A DNA stretch of 62,820 nt, filler included, from Chiloscyllium plagiosum (Eukaryota), in the NCBI RefSeq assembly GCF_004010195.1. It is 3 parts of one record of this genome, joined end to end, with 100 filler letters (N's around TTAATTAATTAA, not from the genome) between each part and the next. Parts side by side here need not be neighbours in the genome. Positions count along the whole stretch, not along the records: positions 29,458 to 56,391 come from NC_057710.1; positions 56,492 to 62,820 come from NC_057710.1; 1 more part is not named here. One strand, 5' to 3'. The position numbers and the translations under genes were made by a program. Below the pieces are notes generated by a model that ran no database searches, was not told where the DNA came from, and saw only the letters and a program-made list of their open reading frames with translations. Below, piece by piece: positions 51,035 to 61,890 of this stretch. Position 1 is the stretch's first letter; each line of letters begins with the position of its first letter.

Positions 51035-51375
51035 CAGTACGGCAGCAAATTGGATCAGTGGCTAGCAATGCTGCCTCACATCACCAGGGACCCGGGTTTG
51101 ATCCTAGCCTTGGACGACTGTCTGCATGGAGTTTGCACATTCTCCCCGTGTCTGTGTGGTTTTCCTCCCACAGACCAAAAATTTGCAAGTTAGGCATATT
51201 GGCCATGCTAAATTGCCCAGAGTGTCCACGAATGTGCATGCTAGGTGGGTAAGCCATGGGAAAGAAGGGGCTACAGGGTTAGGATAAGGAGGTGGGTCTG
51301 GATGGAATGCTCTTTGGAGGGTTGGTATGGACTTTATAGGCTGAATGGCCTACTTCCACAATGTACGGATTCTAT
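51035..51375 (+). mobile_element. HE1-like V-SINE, diverged
   Basis: cagggacccgggtttgatcc...ggagtttgcacattctccccgtgtctg. Confidence 0.85.
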
Positions 51376-51722
51376 GAACATGACCAATGCTCTTCCTCAG
51401 TTACTGGGACATGAAAGTTTTAGCATCTCCACATGAACAGATTTGGTCCTTTTTGGCCACGAACAGGATCTTCTCTTCATAAGGGGGTGAGGAACCGTAA
51501 ACTGGGTGGCCCACCACTTGACTTGCTGCTCTTCACCCTCTCTTGGGTAATTTCCCCTGCATAGAGAAAAAGGAAAGGATTGAGTGAGATGAAAGAAGGT
51601 GGCATTTATCCTGGTAGAGCGGAGAAGTTAATTGACCTGGGCATTTCTCCAGCCCAGGTTGGTGGGGTTTGCTGTTGTGGCCTCATCTGCCAGTCCCTAG
51701 TTACCCTTTTGTCTTTATTGCC

Positions 51723-52035
51723 GGGCGGCACGGTGGCACAGTGGTTAGCACTGCTGCTTCACAGCGCCAGAGACCCGGGTTCAGTTCCCGCCTCAGGCGA
51801 CTGACTGTGTGGAGTTTGCACGTTCTCCCCGTGTCTGCGTGGGTTTCCTCCGGGTGCTCCGGTTTCCTCCCACAGTCCAAAGATGTGCAGGGTCAGGTGA
51901 ATTGGCCGTACTAAATTGCCCGTAGTGTTAGGTAAGGGGTAAATGTAGGGGTATGGGGTGGGTTTCGCTTCGGCGGGTCGGTGTGGACTTGTTGGGCTGA
52001 TGGGCCTGTTTCCACATTGTAATCTAATCTAATCT
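51723..52035 (+). mobile_element. HE1-type V-SINE, full length, young
   Basis: Near-identical to 1-269; CpGs retained; (taatc)n tail. Confidence 0.95.
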
Positions 52036-53075
52036 AAAATCCCTTTGGATTCTCCTTAACCCTATTTGCCAAAGCTATCTCATGTCCCCTTTTTGCTCTC
52101 CTGATTTCCCTCCTGCTGCCTTTATACTCTTTGAAGGATTCACTCAATCTCTCTTGTCTATACGTGATACTTCTTCTTCTTAACCAAAACCTGTTTTCTC
52201 TAGTCTTTCACTCAAACTCTGCTGCCTATACCTGACATATGCTTCCTTCTTTTTCTTAACCAAAACCTCATTCAGCATTCCCTACACCTATCAGCCTTGC
52301 CTTTCACTCTAACAGTGCTGGAAAAGCACAGCTGGTCAGGCAGCATCCGAGGAGCAGGAGAACTGATGTTATGGGCATAAGCCCTTCATCAGGAATGACA
52401 TCATTTCTGATGAAGGGCTTATACCCGAAATGTCAATTCTCCTGCTCCTCGGATGCTGTCTGACCTGCAATGTTTTTCTAGCACCACACTCTTGACTCTG
52501 ATCTCCAGCATCTACAATCCTCACTTTCACCTTTCACCCTAACAGGAATACACTGCCTCGAGACTCTTATTATCTCATTTTTGAAGACTTCCCCCTTTCC
52601 AGCCATCCCTTTGCCTGCGAACATTTGCCCCCAACAACTTTTGAAAGTTCTTGCCTAATACTGTCAGAATTGGCCTTCCTCCAATTTAGAACTTCGACTT
52701 TTAGATCCAGCCTATCCTGTTCCATCACTATTTTAAAACTCATAGAATTATGGTCACTGGCCCCAGAGTGCTCCCCCATTGACACCTCAGTCACTTGCCA
52801 TGCCTTATTTCCCAAAAATAGATCAAGTTTTGCACCTTCTCTAGTAGGTACATAAACATACTAAATCAGAAAATTTTCTTCTACACACTTCACAAATTCC
52901 TCTCCACCTAAACCCTTAACACCATGTTTGAAAAGTTGAAAACCCCTACCATAACCACCAGTTCTTCCGGATAACTGAAATCTCCATTATAAATTTGTTT
53001 CTCAATTTCCTGCTGACTACTGGTGGTCGATAATACAATCCTACTAAGTTGATTATTCCTTTCCTATTTCTATTT
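52036..53075 (-). mobile_element. CR1 ORF2 endonuclease-region fragment
   Basis: GNKAWQVTEVSMGEHSGASDHNSMSFKI. Confidence 0.85.
52316..52529. mobile_element. Fold-back PLE repeat (family A) with 16-bp TSD (1 mismatch)
   Basis: cctttcactctaacag 52300-52315 and cctttcaccctaacag 52530-52545; two head-to-head HHR cores meet near 52399. Confidence 0.88.
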
Positions 53076-53089
53076 CCTATGTGTATGTG

Positions 53090-53838
53090 TGAGCATATGA
53101 GAGAAAGTTTGTGTATAAGGGAGGGTCTGAATTAGTGTATGGGTTATACACTCATGCAGACCCTCTCTCATACACAAGCTGTCTCTCGTACACTCACACA
53201 TACACACCCACACTCACACCCACACACCCACACACCCACACGCATACACACACACAGACTCTCACAGACTTATACCCCTGTACACTTACACATACACCCA
53301 CTCTCTCACAGACACTCATAACCAACTCGCGCCCACACGCACACACGTGCACACACATAAATAAGTTTGGGGGGTGAATTTGTACTTGCAGAATTACATA
53401 TTATTTTGCTCAAAAACTGCAAGAATCCATGTAAGATTCTGTAAATCTCTTTTTTTAGAAATAGAATCAGTCTGAACATTGGGGCACAGACAGCGTCACA
53501 CAGGGCACCTCACACATTCAATACATTATCTGAGCTGACATGGTACCTATTGTTAAAGTTTACTTGAGAATGTAACTTTTAAAAAAAAATTCTGGAACTT
53601 ACATATGAAAGAACTGTAACCAACATGGTCATTCTCAAGGAAGGTCTTTTTCAATATATAATTTCAGTTGCATCACACTATAAACATTTGCTATAAATTC
53701 TGTGTCTTACGATCTTATACTCAACAACCACTTGATGAAGGAGCAGTGCTCCGAAAGCTAGTACTTCCAAATAAACCTGTTGGACTATAACCTGGTGTTG
53801 TGTGATTTTTAACATTGTACACTCCAGTCCAACACCAA
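53090..53838 (+). mobile_element. PLE terminal repeat (family B) with CA-rich tract and HHR motif
   Basis: CA-rich 53160-53360; cac-ttgatga-a-ggagc(agt)gctcc-gaa-agct-a-gta at 53729-53763; aaataaacctgttggactataacctgg. Confidence 0.7.
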
Positions 53839-53898
53839 ATCATGCCTGCACTGAATGTGTTGGTCTGAAACTCATATGGTGGGGGGTGTTTATGTATT

Positions 53899-54237
53899 CT
53901 GGATCAGTGGTGCTGGAAGAGCACAGCAATTCAGGCAGCATTCGAGGACAGGCAAAATCGACGTTTCGGGCAAAAGCCCTTCATCAGGAATAAAGGCAGA
54001 GAGCCTGAAGCGTGGAGAGATAAGCTAGAGNNNNNNNNNNNNNNNNNNNTCCCCACCCCCACCCTCCTCTAGCTTATCTCTCCACGCTTCAGGCTCTCTG
54101 CCTTTATTCCTGATGAAGGGCTTTTGCCCGAATCGTCGATTTTGCCTGTCCTCGGATGCTGCCTGAATTGCTGTGCTCTTCCAGCACCACTAATCCAGAA
54201 TCTGGTTTCCAGCATCTGCAGTCATTGTTTTTACCTC
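53899..54237. mobile_element. Fold-back PLE repeat (family A) with 14-bp TSD; N gap at the palindrome centre
   Basis: TSD ggtgtttatgtatt at 53885-53898 and 54238-54251; about 130-bp inverted arms. Confidence 0.88.
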
Positions 54238-54664
54238 GGTGTTTATGTATTAACAATGCATCTTGAATACTTAAAAAAGGGACATTCCAGATATGCATAA
54301 TTTCAAAATTAAAGAGCTCAGTAATTCTCTCCGAATTAACAAAGGTACAACTCATGGTTAATAGTGAAAGGAAAAGTTTGTGGATCAATCTGACCTTCCT
54401 GTGGAATAGGAACCAATCTTACTCTTCTGGACCTCGCAGAGTGCAACAACAACTTGCATTTATCTAGCATCCTTACTGTGGAAAAACATGCCAAGATGTA
54501 TCATTCGGAAAAGGCAAAAGACACTGAAACTATATATTTGAGGCATTTTATCAAATGCTTGATCAAAGACATAAGTTTTAAGTGGTCATTTGAAGGAAGA
54601 CAGAGAGATATTTACAAGCTGTTGTTGTAGCTCCTTCCTGCTGTGGAATGAGTCCTTCTGAATG

Positions 54665-55690
54665 CATTAAACAAGAAGAAAATAAAAAACTGCAGATGTT
54701 GGTAATCAGAAACAAGAACAGAAATTGCTGGAAAAACTCAATAGGTCTGTGGAAAGAACGCAGAGTTTTGTTTCGGGTCCAGTGATCCTTCTTCAGAAAT
54801 GATTTTAGAAAAAGATAGCTGAATATGCTGACGGTGTGTTGTGGAGAGGGTGGAGTACATGATCGGCAGAGATCCAGGTCAGAGAGAGAAAAATAGTTGG
54901 GGAGACAAACGAAGAGGTAAAGGTCAATATAGGAGAATGAATAGTTGGTAATAGGACCATTCGTAGCTGACAATGGGGTGTTTGTGATAACGATCCATGT
55001 GATGATAAGGCCTGGTGTGTGAGAGTTGGGATGAAGACATGGAAGAAGGTGCTTAAGCACTACAATTATTGAATTCAATATTGAATCCTAAAGATTGCAG
55101 AATCACTAAGTGAAAAATGAAGTGCTGTTCTTCTAGCTGGTTCTGGGCTTCCCTGAAGCACTGAGACAGAGATGTTGGTCAGGGAACACGGTGACGTGTT
55201 GAAATGACAGGCAACAGGAAGCTCAGGGTCATTTCTGCTGACTGAATGTCGGTGTTCTGCAAAGCGGTCACTCAGTCTGTGCTTTGTTCCCCCTGTGAAG
55301 AGGAAACCACATTGTGGGCTGTGAATACAATAGATTAGATTGACAGAAGTGCAGGTAAATTTCTGCTTCACCTGCAAGGTATGTCTGGGGTCTTGGATAG
55401 CAGGGAGGGATGAAGTAAACAGGCAGGGTATTGCATCTTCTCCAATTGTACAGGAAGGTATTGTGGTGTTGCGGGGAGGTATTAAGAGTGGATAAAGAGT
55501 GGACCAGTGTGTCCTGGTGGGAACAATCCCTGCAGAAGGCTCACAATGGAAGGGAGGAGAATATGTGCTTGGTGGATAATGATCCTTTGGATGTTGGTGG
55601 GATGATAAGTGAGGGTCGGGGGGGGCCCTATCACTGAGATGGGAGGGAGGTGTCTGGTGGTAGCAACCTGAGGAAGAGTTTTTCCAGCAA
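54665..55690 (-). mobile_element. Penelope-like element 3' part: GIY-YIG endonuclease plus terminal repeat (family C)
   Basis: QVKQKFTCTSVNLIYCIHSPQCGFLFTGGTKHRLSDRFAEH..PVACHFN; minus-strand ctgaagaaggatcactggacccgaaac near 54770-54796. Confidence 0.85.
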
Positions 55691-56179
55691 TTTTTGTTTT
55701 GCTTCTGAAGTGCATATTCTCTTATCAGGTCCTACAGTGCTGCTCTAAATTGTTAATCAGTATTAAGGTCATTCATAATCTAATACTGCCAATTGTGATT
55801 ATACGGTTTTAAAAATGCTATGGGGGGAACATGTGATGAAAGGTGCTGGGCTCATTTGTACAAAGAATTTTGATTGACACTTCAATTCCTAAAAATCTCA
55901 TTTCCTTGTATGAAGATTTTTTTCTCTTTAAATGCAAAGCTGCAGGGCATTTCTTTCAGCTCTCATTAAACAGAGTGATGACAGTGAGGAAAATTTAACA
56001 TTTTCAATCTTTGGATTTTGATTTATTGAAATACCCTAAGGCTGCACACAAACATGGAAACAGTCAAAGACAGGCCTCTACATTCATATATAATCACATT
56101 ATTTAAGAACCCCAAACTTGTATTAATTGAGTTAAATGCACAACAGTGCTGTCACGACAAAAGCAAGAACTGAAGAGCA

Positions 56180-56391
56180 GAATCCCGCGGCTACGAGCTA
56201 GTGAGGGCAGGAATAGGAGGATAGAGCAGATGAATGCATGGCTGAGGAGCTGGTGTCTGGGCGAAGGATTCACATTTTTGGATCATTGGAATCTCTTTTG
56301 GGATAGAAGCCACCTGTAAAAGAAGGACGGATTGCACCTAAATTGGAAGGGGACTAATATACTGGCAGGGAAATTTGCTAGAGTTGCTCGG
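56180..56391 (+). mobile_element. CR1 ORF1 esterase fragment
   Basis: MNAWLRSWCLGEGFTFLDHWNLFW..DGLHLNWKG. Confidence 0.85.
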
Positions 56392-56491
56392 NNNNNNNNN
56401 NNNNNNNNNNNNNNNNNNNNNNNNNNNNNNNNNNNTTAATTAATTAANNNNNNNNNNNNNNNNNNNNNNNNNNNNNNNNNNNNNNNNNNNN
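56392..56491. other. Assembly gap with artificial TTAATTAATTAA spacer
   Basis: Runs of N flanking TTAATTAATTAA at 56436-56447. Confidence 0.95.
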
Positions 56492-56778
56492 TTGACCTGC
56501 AATCTTCTTCCCGACCTCTCTGCCCCCACCCCCTCTCCGGCCTATCACCCTCACCCTCACCCCCTTCCACCTATCGTATTCCCAGCGCCCCTCCCCCAAA
56601 TTTCCCTCCCTCTACCTTTTATCTCAGCCTGCTTGGCACACCAGCCTCATTCCTGAAGAAGGGCTTATGCCCGAAACGTCGATTCTCCTGCTCCTCGGAT
56701 GCTGCCTGGCCTGCTGCGCTTTTCCAGCTCCACATTTTTCAACTCTGGTCTCCAGCATCTGCAGTCCTCACTTTCCCC
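56492..56778 (+). mobile_element. PLE terminal repeat (family A) with intact HHR core
   Basis: attcctgaagaagggcttatgcccgaaacgtcgatt at about 56649-56684. Confidence 0.85.
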
Positions 56779-57030
56779 ATGATTGTGACAGAAGTAATTA
56801 CAGATGACATCATCTGTCAGATATAATTACTAAGGACTTTTAAGAGTTGCACAGATTGTGTCTGCTCCCTATGAAAGTGAGTGTCAAACTGTCCATCTCC
56901 ACCTAAAGACTGTGTGTGACATTGGATTTGGTGGAGTTAATATAACTTCGACTTGAACTCTTTCAGAATCAGTATCTTGTGTAACCACTTACCTACTGAA
57001 AACACAAAGTAGAGCAGACAAAGTACTCAC

Positions 57031-57339
57031 CTTTATTGTTTGTCCAGAATTCTACATTCAGGGCAATACTGAATTCCGACCTTTCTGACTATCAGCAGGT
57101 CAGGTAGGTAATTCTGCTTCTCCCTCCCCGGATACTGGCCGGCCTGCTCAGTACTCTTCCACATCAGGCATGGCCTTGATTTTAAAATGCTCCCTTTTTC
57201 AAGAATCAATATGGATTTGCCTCAGTGTACTCCAGCCTGACAACTCTTCCTCTGAAGTTCTCCCATTCTGGCCTCTCGTATATTCCTGATTTTCGCTACT
57301 GGCATTCTCAACTCTGACACATCCTCCTTCAATATTGCC

Positions 57340-57341
<2 letters not shown>
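57031..57341 (-). other. Candidate non-coding or 5' exon of a minus-strand transcript
   Basis: Unique sequence ending in a consensus donor AAG|GTGAGT; no recognisable ORF. Confidence 0.3.

Positions 57342-57370
<29 letters not shown>
57342..57370. repeat. (CT)n microsatellite
   Basis: Direct observation. Confidence 0.95.
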
Positions 57371-57373
<3 letters not shown>

Positions 57374-57744
57374 CTCTTTCTCTCTCTTGTACTTCTAAGA
57401 GACTGCTTAGGACCCAACTCCTAGGGCACCTGTCTTCATGACTGCTTCCATGGCCCACTGCCAGTTCAACAAATTGCTGCATAAGTCCTCTCCCTTCTGC
57501 CTGTTTCGCAACTCAATCACTACTCACTTCATTTTGGAAATCCAAGCATATGAAAGACATTGGCAGCTTTTTATCTCCCACTTTGCTACATTTATGTGGA
57601 AATTAACAACTGATAGATTTCTCACGACCTTCTCCACTTGCCAGTGATTAATGTTATAAAAGTTAGAAGAGACTGCTTCGGAATGTATAAAGGTTAGGTG
57701 CTGTTGTCACTTTCGGCCCCTTATCAAAGGGAAGATCCACTGCT

Positions 57745-57868
57745 ACCTGGCAACGAAGCAGCACTCCGAAAGCTTGTACTTCCAAATAAACCTGTTGGAC
57801 TATCACCTGGTGTTATGTAATTTTTAACTTTGTCCACGCCAGTCCAACACCAGCTCCCCACATCATGG
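57745..57868 (+). mobile_element. PLE repeat (family B) fragment
   Basis: gcagcactccgaaagcttgtacttccaaataaacctgttggactatcacctgg. Confidence 0.75.
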
Positions 57869-57869
57869 C

Positions 57870-58305
57870 ATTGGAGACAGTCCAGAGAGGGAGGGTCTAT
57901 CTTATGAGAAGAGGTTATATAGTTTGAACCTATGCTTGTTGGAATATAGATGAGTGAGAGCTGGCCTTAAAGAAAGGTATATGATTCTTAGTGAAATTAA
58001 TAGCATAGATGCGGAATGGTTGCTTCCCAATAGGAAGAATCTCGGATATCGCACACATTTAAGACAGAGATAAGGAGGTATTTCTTCTTTCAGGGTGTAG
58101 TGAATCAGTGGAACTCATTACCACAGAGGCTGGGTCAATAAGGCTGAGTGGACAGATTTGTAATCAGTAAGGGAATCAAAGGTAATGAGGAAAAGGCAGG
58201 AAACTGAAATGAGGATTACCAGATCAGCCATGTCTCCTTGAATAGAAGACAGAACTCAATGGGCTGAATGGCCTATTTCTACTCCTACGATTTTATGATC
58301 TTAGT
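57870..58305 (+). mobile_element. Degenerate CR1 3' end
   Basis: tttcttctttcagggtgtagtgaatcagtggaactc; gggctgaatggcctatttctactcct. Confidence 0.75.
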
Positions 58306-59039
58306 CATAGTTCTCGGAGGAAGCAAGATGCAGGTTATTTTTTATTAAGTTAGTATGACTCTATAATGGAAAATGTGAACTTCTCAGGAAAGACGAAAAA
58401 GGGAAACCTCCCAAACTGTGGGTCACAATGTTAACTGAGTGTCACAACAGCAACAGTTGGTGCTCTGTGTTTCTTCTGATTGTGACTGTGTGTGATGGAG
58501 GTGCGGATCAAGATCTCAGTACCATAGGCAAGTGAGATGGGCGTGTTGGTTAAGAGATACTAATTGCTCTGTGTGAGTTGGAAATTGGACTTGAAGATTG
58601 ATTGTTGTGTGAGTGTCAGGGGGCTGGAGGCGCATTGTGAAAAGGGGCTAATGGCTGCTTGTGAGTATGGGGGCATTGGAGCACAGGTTGAAGACAGACT
58701 GTTTATTGTGGTGTGGGTGTGTGTTTATGTGGGATTGAGGTAGCGAAAAAAGAGTTTCAACAAGTTTTCTGTCACTGAAGAATATGGAGAGCTTTGCCTG
58801 AACTTCAGTGAATAGTGGCTATCATTCATTGATCCAGAGATTCTGATGGTAAAGGCACTTGTTACAATAGATCTGGTTTAGGAACTGTTTAGACATCAGC
58901 AAAGGAGGACAAAGGGGTCCTTTCTTTCAGAATCACTTCCAACAACTTCCCCACCTATAAAGTCTGACTCTCAGATCTTGTAAACGAAGATTGGAGAATG
59001 AGGATGAGAACATATCATCAAAGATTGAATGGCAGAACA

Positions 59040-59620
59040 CTGAATGGAGAGTTGATGGGCCAAATGCCCTAGTTCTGCTCTTATATCTTATAATCTTATG
59101 GTCTAGTTCATTTAAATAAATGATGAAAAACAGATGACCCATCACTGATTCCTGAGAAATTCCACCATAAACTTGCCTCCAATCCAAGAAACGTCTAATA
59201 ACCTTGATCATTTCCTGTAGCTGAGCCAAGTTCATGGCCATGTTGCTACTCCCCTTTTATTCAATGAGGTCTAATGTTGTTAACCAACCTGTTTTGAAGT
59301 ACTGAATCAAATGTCTCGATACATCACATCGACAGCACTGGCGTCAACCATCCTCTCTCCTATCTCACCAAAACACTTCAGCAAACTGGTAAAACGTGAT
59401 TTGTCTGGAATAAACCTATGTCGACTTTTCTAAATTTAGCCGCATTTGTCCAAGTCACCATATCTATTTTTCCCAGGTTATTGTTTCCAGAAGCTTCTCC
59501 ATGACTGAAATTAACCTGTCTGATCAGTAGTCGCTGGACTTAACTTTACACCCTTTTTGGAACAAATATGTAATATTTGCAATTCCATAGACTGCAATCC
59601 TCCACGTATCTATTGATTTC
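59040..59620 (-). mobile_element. Old CR1 ORF2 fragment
   Basis: GGISQESVMGHLFFIIYLNELD. Confidence 0.65.
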
Positions 59621-60627
59621 TGGATTTGTCTTTTGTTATTTTGTGTCTGTGGAATACATCATTTCTTTCTATATTCCTTTGTAATTCAATTTTGCAATCT
59701 ATTGGCCTTTGTAATCTTCTTGACGTCTTTCCTAATCTTTTTCATATTTCCTTTTGTCATCTTTTCCATTTTTGTATCAGGGTAATTAATGTATATCCAA
59801 GTATTTATTTTCAATTTCACCCTTATTTCTTTATTTTTCCATGGTGCCTCATTATTGGCTGGTTTATTTGTGCTTTTTAATGGGATATATTTCTCCGAGA
59901 CACTATGCGTTTTTATTTTATGCATTTCCCATTGCTGCTTTATTTCTTTATTTACAGGATATTTTTCCACTTTGTTTTCCCTTGTTCCATACACCTTCAC
60001 TTGAAGTTATCTTGCTCCCCCTCCCACCACCCCCGCAAACCCCACCTACCACAATGTAATACGTTAATCTTGTCTGAGACATCTCTCCATCTGTTTCATA
60101 TTTCTTGAGCAGGATTTATAGCACAGCTGCATTCAGGAAGGCATGGGGAAGGTTCTGAAAATGGTCTTAATATCCAATGCGCTGGAGTTTTGTTACCATC
60201 CTGACACTAATGATATTCCTCAGGATGGTCCTGGGAAAACTTCCCAGTTTTTGAATGAGGTCAGTTATCCAGTTAACCAGTTTACTATAAGTGTGTTAAA
60301 GGTCAGTTTGGAACTTTTCTGGGGCACCACAGACTGCTGTCTGAGTGAGAAACAGGCTGAGTGCACGGAGGCAACTACACAGGTGAATAATGAATGAACG
60401 AATGATTTTGTTATCATATGTATTTTACAGTGAGAAAAGCAGTAAACTAGAGCGAAATACTTTTCCACTTTAGATTACTTTTCAGAATAAGAAAGAAAAA
60501 GAAAGATATAGCTTAAAGAGTCCTGAGCCAGCAGAAAGCCAGGCAAGGTTGTATTATGAATCATGGGCCCATCATTTGGGGAGCACACTTGGCCAGTGTA
60601 ACGTTGGTACCATTGGAGGTAGCATGG

Positions 60628-60848
60628 TGTAGTGATTGTACTGAGGTCAGCCAAGTGGACCTCATGGAATATGAGTTCCCTGATATCAGACTGTTAATCT
60701 GGTACAATCAGAGAAGCCTGGCTGACAGATATAAACAGGAGTGCCAGACATCCTGTTCACTCTGACAGCTGGCTCTGAGGGAGCCGGATCAGTGTCAAGT
60801 ACTCTCCCTGTGTAAATAAAGGGTAACTTTGTGATGGAATACTGACCT
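60628..60848 (+). mobile_element. Solo Gypsy LTR
   Basis: Begins tgtagtgattg; TATA-like gatataaa and aataaa; homologous to the LTR at 22950-23127. Confidence 0.7.
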
Positions 60849-61065
60849 AGAACCATTGAATCCCTACAATGTGGAAGTGAGCCATTGAGCCCATCATGTT
60901 CACACCAATTTCTGAAGAGCCTCCCACCCAGACCCAGTTACCCCACACCCATCCTATCCTTGTAACCCTGCATTTCCCATGGGTAATCTATGGGTTCAAT
61001 GCTTTCTCATGTTCGGTTCCAGCAGAATGCCAGTGGCAGGGTGACGCCAGTTCCAACAGCCCTGG

Positions 61066-61890
61066 ATAGAGTCATAGAGTCATAGAGATGTACAGCATGG
61101 AAACAGACCCTTCGGTCCAAATCGTCCATGCCCACCAGATATCCCAACCCAATCTAGAACCACCTGTCAGCACCTGGTCCAAAATCCCTCCAAACTCTTC
61201 CTATTCATACACCCGCTTTTTAAATGTTGCAATTGTACCAGCCTCCACCACTTCCTCTGGCAGTTCATTCCATACACGTACCACGCTCTGAGTGAAAAAG
61301 TTGTCCTTTAGGTCTCTTATATCTTTCCCCTCTCACCCTAAACCTATGCTCCCTAGTTCTGGACTCCCCACCCCAGGGAAAAGACCCTGGCTATTTACCC
61401 TATCCATGCACCTCATGATGTTATAAACCTCTATAGTGTCACCCCGCAGCCTCTGACGCTCCAGGGATAACAGACCTAGCCTATTCAACCTCTCCTTATA
61501 GCTCAAATCCTCCAACCCTGTCAACATCCTTGTAAATCTTTTTTGAACTTTTTAAAATTTCACAACATTTTTCGAATAGGAAGGAGACCAGAATTGCATA
61601 CAGTATTCCAACAGTGGCCTAACCAATGTCCTGTACAGCCGCAACATGACCTCCTGTTCTCAATATTCTGACCAATAAAGGATAGCATACCAAACGCCTT
61701 CTTCACTATTCTATCTACCTGCAAATCCACTTTCATGGTGCTATGAACCTGCACTCCAAGGTCTCTTTGTTCAGCAACACTCCCTAGGACCTTACCATTA
61801 AGTATATAAGTGCTGCTAAGATTTGCTTTCCAAAATGCAGCACCTCACATTTATCTAAATTAAACTCCATTTGCCACTTCTCAGCCCATT
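61066..61890 (-). mobile_element. CR1 ORF2 3' fragment
   Basis: GLEDLSYKERLNRLGLLSLERQRLRGD; (ctatgact)n tail. Confidence 0.9.

Noticed and set aside
51723..51800. tRNA genes at HE1 heads
   Set aside because: A/B boxes run directly into the SINE V-domain, with no complete cloverleaf.
53111..53377. His/Thr-rich ORFs
   Set aside because: Translation of a CA-rich simple repeat within a PLE repeat.
7110..54388. Recurrent small ORFs with LEKHSRSGSIRGAG / MLPDLLRFSS / STAGQAAS peptides as a gene family
   Set aside because: They are translations of the non-coding PLE terminal repeat in varying frames and strands.
59626..60108. Cluster of overlapping hydrophobic or Lys-rich ORFs
   Set aside because: Low-complexity T-rich continuation of an old CR1 fragment.
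58370..60330. STAT/IRF/NF-kB-like motifs (ttctcaggaa, gaaagacgaaa, gggaaaacttccc)
   Set aside because: Short, imperfect matches expected by chance, with no supporting gene context.
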